DNA from: an uncultured Christensenella sp.
GTDB taxonomy: Bacteria > Bacillota > Clostridia > Christensenellales > UBA1242
DNA: 64,000 bases
Reading direction: 5' to 3'
Assembly (NCBI GenBank): GCA_949293905.1
Contig: CASFFG010000003.1
Location: 13,494 to 77,493, forward strand
Of the stretch, positions 29,356 through 39,874 are shown in pieces; the stretch's first letter is position 1; each line of letters opens with the position of its first letter. The position numbers and the translations under genes were made by a program. Below the pieces are notes generated by a model. It had not been told where the DNA came from and ran no database searches. It saw only the letters and a list, made by a program, of their open reading frames with translations.

Positions 29356-29386
29356 AAAAAAGCAACGATTAAATCGTTGCTTTCTT
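29356..29386. terminator. Bidirectional terminator between convergent genes
   Basis: gcaacgat (29362-29369) pairs with atcgttgc (29373-29380). Flanked by an A-run and a T-rich tail. Confidence 0.8.
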
Positions 29387-29388
29387 AT

Positions 29389-32300
29389 TTATTTTTTATT
29401 AGCGTCGGTTTCGCTCTCAGGAGCACTATCTTCTTTTGGCTGAGAATTCGTTTTATCGGTCGCAAGTTTTTTAATTAGGTTGTTCATATATGCGTCCGAT
29501 TTTACATAACTCAATTCATTTTGAACTTTAGTTATAGATACGCCGATAGTTGAAGCAAGACGCTGATTTTTCTTCATTTCTTTTTCAAGTTTGTTGATAT
29601 TAGACTTGTCTTCACGATGAATTTTCATTTCGCGCAATTTGTTCAAATCACTCTTATAATTTGTTTCATACTCGTTTCTTTGCACGGTTAAAGTCTCTAA
29701 CTGCTTATTAAGTTCACGAATTTTTGCTTCCTTAATGCTCGTTGCTTTTCGAAGATATACCTGCTTAGAAACAGTGCGCGCTCTGTCATATTCATTTTTA
29801 GATTTCTTAGTTGGCTTTTTCCATTTGATTTTTCTTAAGCATACACCAACAACTGCAATGACAATAGCAAGTGCGAATAGGATAGTAGGGAGAACATATC
29901 CCCAATTTATACTATCAAGTCCGCTATTTGAGCCTTCAGTATTAGTGTCCCCTGTAGTATCTTCTTCGTTGTCTGTATCTGTGCTAGAAGATTGTTCTAA
30001 AATCATATTGTAATCATTTTCGACTACATTATCGAAATTTTCCAATGTGTCATCGAATACTATATCCGTAAAGAATACCGTTCCTGCACACTCACTAGAT
30101 GAACTGCCAAGCGAGAACTCGATTGTGGAGGCAGTAACATCACTTGTTGGATTGATATAGAACACATATTCGCGCCATGCATTGCTAATAGAATTGTCGC
30201 TGTTTAGTGTTGCTGTAATGATATTTTCAAATGCACCAGTAAATCCAGATATAGATAGGCTAGCATGAACATTATCTAATTCGTCCCCTTCGCTCGTCAA
30301 GTGATTGTAAGTGAACACTTTTACTTTTATAGCGTAATATTCGCCACCAGTTAAATCAAAACCAAGGGTAGAGTTTACAGTATGGTATGTGCTATCAGTG
30401 GAGCGGATAGCAAGAACATCTTTATCGCCAATAGATACGAAACTAGCGCGTTGTTCGGCGTCATCACTTGCAATGACATCGTTATTATTTAAACTACCAG
30501 TATTAACAATTCCGTAAACTACATTTGAACTATCTCCGCTTACAAAAGTAGGAGTAGCGAAAGTTTTATCACCACTGTTTGCGAAGAAATTGTATAAATC
30601 TACGCTAGTTGTATAGTCTGCAACAATTCCGCTAGGGAGATTAAATCCAGCATTGTCCGCATATACATATCCATATCCATTGGTAGTATTTAATGTTATT
30701 CTTAGCGAGACGCTGAGTGCTTGATATGCGGTATTTAATTTTAATTCGACTGTCTTCCACTCATAATCTGTGTCAACTGTAATACTAGTTAAAACTACTT
30801 CATTTTCATTAATAGTAGAGACTAGTGAAAGTGTTGCGGGCGCGTGTTGAGTTTTAATATTTATAGTAAATCTTGCGCTTGAACCTTTTTCAATATCTTT
30901 AGTTGCGCTAGTATAAGATAGAGTGTCATTTGTTGAATTGTACATCATTAAGATGTTATTATTTGCTGGACTTCCGCTTGGACTATTTGGATTATTTAAT
31001 GCTACATAATTTACATTAGACGAAAATTTTTCCCATTCTGCACTATCAGTATTAACCACACCATACGCCTGAGTATATCTACCCGTACCAACAGTCCAAT
31101 TCGATGGAGTGATAGGGTAATCGATTGACGAATCTTCTACTTGTACAGAACTGAAATTTCCGTTTGCTAAGAAATTTACATTGTCCCTGTCAATAGTTAC
31201 GTTAATAGATAAATCAGCAGTAGCAGTGTTAGAACTGCTAGCATTTGAATAAGTGGAGTAATTGGTTAAACTAACAGACACTGTTGAAATGTACAAAGTA
31301 CCAGTTGCACCGTCTTCACCGCCGAAATTTACATTTAACCTATAAGTAGAAATCTCGCTAGGGCTAGATATAATAAAGAAAGTGAAATTGGAGTAACCGT
31401 TAGTAAACTCACCGGAAGTATTGCTAGAAATTGTAATCTCTGGATTTTCGTCTGCTAAATCATCGCTAGCAATATCGCCATTTTCATCGGTCGCAATTAG
31501 GGACAATGTAATTTCACCGTCCAAATTTACGACTTTTGCTTTTACGGTGACTTTATAGACCTTGTTTTGCTCAAACGAAAGGAAATCATCACTAGTTGTG
31601 TATTCGCTTGTGGTTGTATTTGTGTTGACTGCCTTGAATGCAAAATTATTAGTTCCGTCGAATGCACTTTCATCATCAATTGATACATACGAGTAATTTG
31701 AATTTTCGTTCGAAACACCCGTTCTATAGAGATGCCTACTATTGTTCGTCATCTCAAAAGTTTCAACTGCTTGGTCATTTAAATCTAATTCGGTAGCGTT
31801 GGACGGAACACGCGAAAGCATGCTATCGTTAAATTCGTACGCTACAATGTTATCAAATAGTACAGCACCTATACCATTATGGAACATAGCAAGTTTAATA
31901 TTAGATGATGAATTGTCGTTTGTTTTAATAAGGAAGGTATAAGTAGTCCAACTATTTGCACGTCCAGCGAATAGGATAGAAGAAAGTTTTTCGTTTGTAT
32001 CACTATCAACTAGATATAATTCCGCAATACCAGAAGCGTTCGTGTACACATCTACACTAATCATGTAGTTTAAATCTGCGTCCATACTAATTGCGTTAGA
32101 CATAATGTAACCTACATTAGCGGAATAGTTTGAGTCAATGACCAACATATATTCTTCGTCTGTACTATTAGGGTTTGGCACAGGATAGAGATTTTTAAAA
32201 TCGTCCTCATCACGCTTAATAGTGCCGATATTAATAGCGTTTACATCTTCTCTGTCAACTTCTTCAAAGTTTGGATAGATTAATGTATAGCTGCTCGGGT

Positions 32301-32499
32301 CGATAGGATAACTAGATTGACTACCGCTTGGGACGAAACTCGGGTTGTCTAGTTCCACTTCGGTTAAGCCCGAACTAGCGGCATCGGTATAAAATCTAGG
32401 ACTACTAATAGAAATTAGCCCTAAACTGGCAAATAAAAACATAGCAAACGCTACAAAATATAAAATAGATTTTTTAAGTATAGATTTAGTTGCTTTCAT
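29389..32499 (-). CDS. Large type-I membrane-anchored surface protein with repeated jelly-roll (CBM-like) modules and a coiled-coil cytoplasmic tail
   Basis: Signal peptide MKATKSILKKSILYFVAFAMFLFASLGLISIS. Four or five modules end in related strands: GAVLFDNIVAYEF, GTLYISTVSVSL, GYVYADNAGFNL, GTVFFTDIVFDD. TM WGYVLPTILFALAIVIAVVGVCL. The C-terminal tail of about 150 aa is Lys/Glu-rich with a heptad character. Confidence 0.85.
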   Translation of the reverse strand: MKATKSILKKSILYFVAFAMFLFASLGLISISSPRFYTDAASSGLTEVELDNPSFVPSGSQSSYPIDPSSYTLIYPNFEEVDREDVNAINIGTIKRDEDDFKNLYPVPNPNSTDEEYMLVIDSNYSANVGYIMSNAISMDADLNYMISVDVYTNASGIAELYLVDSDTNEKLSSILFAGRANSWTTYTFLIKTNDNSSSNIKLAMFHNGIGAVLFDNIVAYEFNDSMLSRVPSNATELDLNDQAVETFEMTNNSRHLYRTGVSNENSNYSYVSIDDESAFDGTNNFAFKAVNTNTTTSEYTTSDDFLSFEQNKVYKVTVKAKVVNLDGEITLSLIATDENGDIASDDLADENPEITISSNTSGEFTNGYSNFTFFIISSPSEISTYRLNVNFGGEDGATGTLYISTVSVSLTNYSTYSNASSSNTATADLSINVTIDRDNVNFLANGNFSSVQVEDSSIDYPITPSNWTVGTGRYTQAYGVVNTDSAEWEKFSSNVNYVALNNPNSPSGSPANNNILMMYNSTNDTLSYTSATKDIEKGSSARFTINIKTQHAPATLSLVSTINENEVVLTSITVDTDYEWKTVELKLNTAYQALSVSLRITLNTTNGYGYVYADNAGFNLPSGIVADYTTSVDLYNFFANSGDKTFATPTFVSGDSSNVVYGIVNTGSLNNNDVIASDDAEQRASFVSIGDKDVLAIRSTDSTYHTVNSTLGFDLTGGEYYAIKVKVFTYNHLTSEGDELDNVHASLSISGFTGAFENIITATLNSDNSISNAWREYVFYINPTSDVTASTIEFSLGSSSSECAGTVFFTDIVFDDTLENFDNVVENDYNMILEQSSSTDTDNEEDTTGDTNTEGSNSGLDSINWGYVLPTILFALAIVIAVVGVCLRKIKWKKPTKKSKNEYDRARTVSKQVYLRKATSIKEAKIRELNKQLETLTVQRNEYETNYKSDLNKLREMKIHREDKSNINKLEKEMKKNQRLASTIGVSITKVQNELSYVKSDAYMNNLIKKLATDKTNSQPKEDSAPESETDANKK

Positions 32500-32536
32500 T
32501 GTTACCTCAAATAGAATTATTGCTTAAAACTCAATA

Positions 32537-32565
32537 ATTATAATATAAAGTTAGGAAAAAAGCAA
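32537..32565 (-). promoter_or_regulatory. Sigma-A promoter of the 1036 aa surface protein gene
   Basis: Read on the minus strand: TTGCTT (32565-32560), 17 nt spacer, TATAAT (32542-32537). A GAGGT SD follows. Confidence 0.55.
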
Positions 32566-32598
32566 ATAAAATTAGTTAGATTTACACACAATACCGAC

Positions 32599-32961
32599 AT
32601 GAAAAAAGCAAAAACTTTTCAAATCATACTCTTCGGTGCACTTATCGGGCTTATAAACGGATTTTTCGGCGGTGGCGGGGGAATGGTAGTTGTTCCGCTT
32701 CTTACTAAATACTTTAAAATGGAGCAAAAGAAGGCTCAGGCAACTGCGTTATTCGTAATTCTTCCCATAAGTCTAGTTAGCACGATTGTGTATATGTGTT
32801 TTAATTCGGTAGATTTTGCACATGGTTGGCCAGTCATGGTCGGGATAGTAGCGGGCGGAATATTTGGTGCTACACTACTCAACAAGTTAAATAATAACAT
32901 AGTGCGTGGAATATTTATTTTTTTCATGTTACTCGGCGGAGTAACGATGCTTTTTAGGTAG
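32599..32961 (+). CDS. Half-size TSUP (TauE/SafE) family membrane protein, N-half type
   Basis: 120 aa, about 4 TM segments, with the GFFGGGGGMVVVPLL signature. Confidence 0.8.
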   Translation: MKKAKTFQIILFGALIGLINGFFGGGGGMVVVPLLTKYFKMEQKKAQATALFVILPISLVSTIVYMCFNSVDFAHGWPVMVGIVAGGIFGATLLNKLNNNIVRGIFIFFMLLGGVTMLFR

Positions 32962-32968
32962 GTATACT

Positions 32969-33349
32969 ATGATATTCTTGGAAATAATTGTAGGTATTTT
33001 AGGTGGTATAGTAGGAGGAATGGGAATGGGTGGAGGAACATTAACTATTCCGCTTCTAACTATATTTTTGTCTTACGAACAAATTTCAGCACAAGGTATA
33101 AATCTCGTAGCGTTTTTGCCCATGTCGCTTGTCGCACTTTTTATACATGTAAAAAATAAATTGGTAGATTTTAAATCCACTTGGCTTCTTGCGCTAGTGG
33201 GCTGTATTTTTAGTTTAGGTGGTGCGCTCCTTGCTAACCATATGAAGAATAATGTATTGAAAATTTTGTTTGCGCTTTTCTTGATTGGACTAGGGATATG
33301 GCAATTAATAGAGATGATTAAAGATAACAAGAAAAAGAAAAATAAATAA
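32969..33349 (+). CDS. Half-size TSUP (TauE/SafE) family membrane protein, C-half type
   Basis: 126 aa, about 4 TM segments, with the GGMGMGGGTLTIPLL signature. Clearly homologous to the upstream half. Has its own AGGTAGG SD and lies in a different reading frame. Confidence 0.8.
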   Translation: MIFLEIIVGILGGIVGGMGMGGGTLTIPLLTIFLSYEQISAQGINLVAFLPMSLVALFIHVKNKLVDFKSTWLLALVGCIFSLGGALLANHMKNNVLKILFALFLIGLGIWQLIEMIKDNKKKKNK

Positions 33350-33407
33350 AAATTTTAAAAATAGTGTAAAAATAAGTAAAATTTATGAAAAATTACGGGA
33401 AATTTGA

Positions 33408-34133
33408 TTAATTTTCAAAAATTTTTAAAAAATTTATGTTATTTATTACAATTTTTATCATGTAATATTTGATTTTTGAATTATTATTTTCGCTCGATGC
33501 ATTGATTAATGACTCTAAATTTTCTTCCATTTTCACTAGATATTTATTATAAGATTTCAATGTGGAATAGTTATTAAATTCATCAACTCCGCGCGAGAAA
33601 CTAGAACTGATGTCGCTTAGAATCACATTAAATGAACTTAGAGAGATCTCATCTTTGTCCAGCCTAATTATCGCGTCCTGTAGGCTTGAAATAGTTGTTA
33701 AATTTTTCTTGACCATGTCTTCTAATTTTTTATTTTCGTCCTTTGATAGAGACGAGATATTTTTAAATTTGTTTGCTTCGATTTTTAATACTCTCGCGCT
33801 ACTATATTCGCCTATTATATTGTTAACTACACTTTTCGCTTCTTCTTCACTTGAATAGAAACTTACTAAAACATGATAAGTCCCGTCATAGTAAATGTAT
33901 CCTGCACCGCCTTTGGATTGAATTTCAAGTGCTAGAGAGTTTGCATTTGAATAGTTTAAACAGGTGTTTGTTTCAACAAAATAAAATGTCGTGCTTTGGT
34001 TATTGGTTTGTCGAATGAAAACCGCTAAGATTAGAAGAGCAATCACTATTCCTATAATTAACACAAAGGGAAAACCTCGTTTGATTTTTACTCGGTTTCT
34101 ATATTCATTAAAATCAAAAGTGTAATCTTCCAT
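33408..34133 (-). CDS. Membrane-anchored protein with a SPOR-like domain
   Basis: N-terminal TM FPFVLIIGIVIALLILAVFI. It is followed by FYFVETNTCLNYSNANSLALEIQSKGGAGYIYYDGTYHVLVSFYSSEEEAKSVV, which fits the SPOR pattern loosely. Confidence 0.45.
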   Translation of the reverse strand: MEDYTFDFNEYRNRVKIKRGFPFVLIIGIVIALLILAVFIRQTNNQSTTFYFVETNTCLNYSNANSLALEIQSKGGAGYIYYDGTYHVLVSFYSSEEEAKSVVNNIIGEYSSARVLKIEANKFKNISSLSKDENKKLEDMVKKNLTTISSLQDAIIRLDKDEISLSSFNVILSDISSSFSRGVDEFNNYSTLKSYNKYLVKMEENLESLINASSENNNSKIKYYMIKIVINNINFLKIFEN

Positions 34134-34229
34134 AAACTAGTGTATTTTAAAAAATTTTGTTTTATGTTTGCATGTTTTGGCTAAAATTATGAATGTTGAT
34201 TGTATTATCTCGATTGAAAGGGGGAGAAT

Positions 34230-36129
<1,900 letters not shown>

Positions 36130-36443
36130 ATTGAGTCAAAAATTAGCAACTTAAAAATTAAGATAAAATTAAGACAAATAAAATATTTCTAATTAAATTC
36201 TAACTTATTATATTCAGCAAAAAAATATATCCAAGCATCTATATTATAAAAATAAATAAAATTTTTAAAAATTTACAAAAATACACCTAAAAATTATAAA
36301 AATTACACTATTTTTACGATATTTTATAAAAATTTTTCAAAAAAAATTAATAATTTAAAATTAAACAGTTATAAATTAATCTTAAAATATTCTAAATTAC
36401 TTTATTAAAAATTTTTACTCTTAGATATAATAATAAACAAAAA

Positions 36444-36473
36444 AATGATGCTGAGTTTAGCATCATTTTTTTA
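36444..36473. terminator. Bidirectional terminator (valS end; possibly also the distant groEL end)
   Basis: aatgatgct (36444-36452) pairs with agcatcatt (36459-36467). An A-run lies upstream and a T-run downstream. Confidence 0.8.
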
Positions 36474-39098
36474 TTTGATTTCCTTTAATTTTTCTTCCAA
36501 CGAACTCTTACTATTCAATAAAAATTCATATCTAGATTTTTCTTTTTCGACCAATTCTTTCGGTGCACGATTTACGAAATTAGGATTTAAAATTCTTCCT
36601 TCTAGAATTTTTATCTCAGCGGAGATTTTATTTAAATCTTTGTTGATTTTTTCTTTCTCTTTTTCGCTATCTACCACTTCATTTTTATAGAAATAAAACT
36701 CTCCTAATTCGCAAACAAATTTAATGAAATTTGAGTCGATTTTTTCTTCAATCTCGACTGATGAGATGTTAGTCATTTTAGACATCACAAGTCGCGCTTC
36801 GTTTACTATTTCTAGGTTTGATTTATCGATATTATTTTTATCAACGACAAGCGCAATTTTCTTTGCTGGTGCGACATTGAAACTCAATCTTGTTTCGCGA
36901 ATTTTTTGTATTAATGATATGATTTTTTCAACGTTTTCACTCTCTGTTTTAAATTTCCCTAGAGACTTAGCATACTCTTGATTTATGATGAATTCGTTAG
37001 TGAAATTCGAATAGATATTTTCAGTTATAAATGGGATAATAGGGTGAAGCAATTTCAAAATATTAAGATATACATCTTTTAGTATTGCGCACGCATTAGC
37101 ACGCGTTTCTTGATTTTCGCTATACACATAAGGTTTAGTAAATTCAAGATAATAATTACAGAAATCGTCCCACACAAAAGAGTACATTTTATTGACTGCT
37201 TGACATACATCAAGGTTGTCTATAAACTTATTAATTTCATCTATTGCTTCATCTAATTTGGTATAAATCCATTTATCGAAAATATTTAATTTAGATACAT
37301 CTAGTTTTGTTTCATAAGTTTGACTTAAAACGAGTTCTAAAAATTTACCTGAATTAAAGACTTTGTTAATAAATTTCCTATCTTCTAAAATCTTTTCTTC
37401 ACTGAATCTAAAATCATTTCCAGTCCCGTTTCCAAATAGGAGTGAAAGGCGCAACGAATCCGCACCGTACTTATCAATAATTTCAATAGGGTCGACTCCG
37501 TTATTAGAAGATTTACTCATCTTCTTACCTTCGTCGTCTCGCACTATTCCGTTAATTAATACCTGTTTAAATGGAGTTTTGCCCATAATCTTTTTTGATA
37601 GCATAACCATTCGTGCTACCCAGAAGAAAATGATGTCTTGTGCCGTAACGAGAGTCGTTGTAGGGAAGAATCTCTTTAAATCTTCTGTATCTTCAGGATA
37701 TCCAAGAGTGGAGAATGGCCAAAGAGCTGAACTAAACCAAGTATCAAGTACATCTGGGTCTTGCTCAATATGGGCACTTCCGCACTTTGAGCAAGTTTTT
37801 GGAGCGGACAACTCAACCATCATATTTCCACAATCTTTACAATAGTATGCGGGTATTCTATGTCCCCACCATAATTGACGAGATATACACCAATCTTTAA
37901 TATTTTCTAACCAATTTCGATAAATTTTTTCTACGCGGTTAGGTACAATTTCAAGTTCACCATTATCAACCGCGTCTAATCCCATTTTTGCCATTTCTTG
38001 CATGGACATGAACCACTGTTTACTCATCATGGGTTCAACTGCATTATGACATCTGTAACAGGTTGCTTTTGGTAAGTTATATGGCTCAATTTTCTCTATA
38101 AGGTCAAGAGAAGATAGTTCTTCTACAAGTTTTTTTCTGCATTCATATCTATCTAGTCCACTGTAACTACCACATTCGCTGTTCATGGTTCCGTCCAAGT
38201 TCATTATTTTTATTGGTTCAAAGCCATGTCGCTTGCCTACTTCATAGTCGTTAAAGTCATGCGCAGGTGTGATTTTAACTACGCCCGTACCGAAATCTTT
38301 TTCCACATAATCATCAGCGATGATTTTAATTCTCTTATTTTTAATGGGAAGGATTATATCCTTTCCAATTTTGTCTTTATATCGCTCGTCTTCTGGATTT
38401 ACTGCAACGCATACATCGCCGAACATTGTTTCAGGTCGGGTTGTGGCAACAACCATATATCCCTTTTCGTCTGCATAAGGATAACGAATATACCATAGAC
38501 TCGAACTTTCGTCTACATGCTCAACCTCTGCGTCAGACAGGGCAGTTTTACATGTTGGACACCAGTTAATAAGTTTTTCTCCACGATAGATATAGCCTTC
38601 ATCATACAACTTTTTAAACACATGCAAAACAGATTTCTGTCGTTTTTCGTCCATAGTGAACGCGCATCTGTCCCAATCTGTGCTACAACCGAGTGATTTA
38701 AGTTGAGTTTTTATTCTTCCGCCGTATTTATCGTTCCATTGCCATGCGCGACGCAAAAACTCATCTCGTCCTAGCATTTCTTTTGTGAGACCTTCCTTTT
38801 TTAATGAGTCGATAATTTTTACTTCGGTGGCGATAGAAGCGTGGTCAGTCCCTGGAACCCAAAGAGCATTATAGCCTTTCATGCGTTTAAAACGGATTAA
38901 AAAATCTTGTGTGGTATTGTTTAGCGCATGACCAATGTGTAATTGACCCGTAATATTAGGTGGGGGCATGATTATGGTATAATTTTCACCTGTGAAATCT
39001 TTATTTGTATCGCTTTTAGGTTTAAAGCATTTGTTTTCTTCCCACTTTTTATAGATTAAACTTTCATTTTTTTGTGGTTCATACGATTTATCTAACAT
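36471..39098 (-). CDS. valS: Valine--tRNA ligase
   Basis: 875 aa. HIGH motif (PPPNITGQLHIGHA), KMSKS motif, and a C-terminal coiled coil. Confidence 0.97.
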   Translation of the reverse strand: MLDKSYEPQKNESLIYKKWEENKCFKPKSDTNKDFTGENYTIIMPPPNITGQLHIGHALNNTTQDFLIRFKRMKGYNALWVPGTDHASIATEVKIIDSLKKEGLTKEMLGRDEFLRRAWQWNDKYGGRIKTQLKSLGCSTDWDRCAFTMDEKRQKSVLHVFKKLYDEGYIYRGEKLINWCPTCKTALSDAEVEHVDESSSLWYIRYPYADEKGYMVVATTRPETMFGDVCVAVNPEDERYKDKIGKDIILPIKNKRIKIIADDYVEKDFGTGVVKITPAHDFNDYEVGKRHGFEPIKIMNLDGTMNSECGSYSGLDRYECRKKLVEELSSLDLIEKIEPYNLPKATCYRCHNAVEPMMSKQWFMSMQEMAKMGLDAVDNGELEIVPNRVEKIYRNWLENIKDWCISRQLWWGHRIPAYYCKDCGNMMVELSAPKTCSKCGSAHIEQDPDVLDTWFSSALWPFSTLGYPEDTEDLKRFFPTTTLVTAQDIIFFWVARMVMLSKKIMGKTPFKQVLINGIVRDDEGKKMSKSSNNGVDPIEIIDKYGADSLRLSLLFGNGTGNDFRFSEEKILEDRKFINKVFNSGKFLELVLSQTYETKLDVSKLNIFDKWIYTKLDEAIDEINKFIDNLDVCQAVNKMYSFVWDDFCNYYLEFTKPYVYSENQETRANACAILKDVYLNILKLLHPIIPFITENIYSNFTNEFIINQEYAKSLGKFKTESENVEKIISLIQKIRETRLSFNVAPAKKIALVVDKNNIDKSNLEIVNEARLVMSKMTNISSVEIEEKIDSNFIKFVCELGEFYFYKNEVVDSEKEKEKINKDLNKISAEIKILEGRILNPNFVNRAPKELVEKEKSRYEFLLNSKSSLEEKLKEIK

Positions 39099-39478
39099 AA
39101 AATCTCCTTAAAAAATAAAAAAACTTGCAAATGCAAGGACGAATAATATCGTGGTACCACCTTACTTCAAGTGTCTAGTCATATTGCAATCGATTTATGC
39201 ATTACGAATTTATTATAAAGTAAATTAAAGTTTTAATCTTTGCATTTAAAGTGCTGATAGTAATTTCTTAAAACTTAAATTTATAAATCGAATTGAAAAT
39301 AACTGTTCACTCCTTATTTCAAACTAACGCATCTTTACCTGCGCGAGCGGTCTACTATTCTTCTTCGCTCGAACTCGTTTGCTACCTTCACTAATCTATC
39401 CTAAATTGCTCCCAGCCTTAGACAATTCTCTCTAAAAGGAATTAATCAGTTACTCCTCAAACTTATATATCGTTTCTC
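39099..39478 (-). promoter_or_regulatory. T-box riboswitch leader of valS
   Basis: Read on the minus strand. T-box AAGGUGGUACCACG lies at 39163-39150. The antiterminator is AAGG / bulge UGGUACC / ACG-loop-CGU / CCUU. A short terminator cttgc-attt-gcaag plus U7 lies at 39137-39117. An AGAGA box and a GUA codon sit in the putative specifier region (39385-39383). Confidence 0.85.
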
Positions 39479-39484
39479 CCTATT

Positions 39485-39513
39485 ATTATATCATATAATT
39501 TAAACATAGTCAA
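39485..39513 (-). promoter_or_regulatory. Sigma-A promoter of the valS T-box leader
   Basis: Read on the minus strand: TTGACT (39513-39508), 17 nt spacer, TATAAT (39490-39485). Confidence 0.7.
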
Positions 39514-39654
39514 GCATCTACATGAAAAGTTAAAAGGAAAAATAAATGAAGATGAACTAAACTATAAGTATAATCTTATTTTATACTCGATATTATGATA
39601 GATTTAGTTTAACATTGTTTCCTTTTTTGTATTTATTTTAAATCTAATTAGGTA

Positions 39655-39717
39655 AAAAATAAAATCGGCATAACGCCGACTTTCTCATTAGTATTTCAAA
39701 ACCCTTCATCTTTTGTT
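39655..39717 (-). ncRNA. Candidate small RNA (orphan promoter-to-terminator unit)
   Basis: The predicted TSS (about 39717) lies downstream of promoter 39724-39752. The minus-strand hairpin tcggc-gttat-gccga (39679-39665) is followed by UUUUAUUUUUU. No SD-preceded ORF is present. Confidence 0.3.
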
Positions 39718-39723
39718 TAACAT

Positions 39724-39752
39724 ATATTACAATATTCTACATTAAAAGTCAA
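39724..39752 (-). promoter_or_regulatory. Orphan sigma-A promoter
   Basis: Read on the minus strand: TTGACT (39752-39747), 17 nt spacer, TAATAT (39729-39724). Confidence 0.45.
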
Positions 39753-39811
39753 GAAAATTTAAAAAATTTTAATTAATTCATTAAAAATCGTTAATTTTTA
39801 GCATAGTTTTA

Positions 39812-39860
39812 CTAAATTTTGGCAGATTTTAGAAATTTATTGCTAAATTTTGGCAGATTT
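39812..39860 (+). repeat. 18 bp perfect direct repeat ctaaattttggcagattt, two copies 31 bp apart
   Basis: Copies at 39812-39829 and 39843-39860. The second copy overlaps the putative rsmA promoter. Confidence 0.9.
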
Positions 39861-39868
39861 GATATTAT
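39840..39868 (+). promoter_or_regulatory. Putative rsmA promoter placing the TSS on the start codon
   Basis: TTGCTA (39840-39845), 17 nt spacer, TATTAT (39863-39868), then 6 nt, then ATG at 39875. No SD. Confidence 0.5.
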
Positions 39869-39874
39869 TTTTAT

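Noticed and set aside
32955-32972. Split TSUP genes considered as a simple pseudogene (premature stop in one gene).
   Set aside because: Each half has its own start codon, only the second has an SD, and both have a complete 4-TM unit. The frames differ, so a single nonsense mutation does not explain it. I kept it as a finding with a frameshift caveat.
34134-34229. Heat-shock and SOS operators I expected but did not find. These were CIRCE (TTAGCACTC-N9-GAGTGCTAA) upstream of groES, CtsR boxes upstream of clpP (56343-56404), and Cheo/LexA boxes upstream of uvrA (21107-21222) and the uvrB operon (19224-19292).
   Set aside because: I scanned by eye and found no match at any of these sites. Absence by eye is not proof.
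39819-39845. TTGGCA within the 18 bp repeat followed by TTGC, considered as a sigma-54 (-24/-12) promoter.
   Set aside because: The GG-to-GC spacing is 21 nt instead of the required 12 nt.
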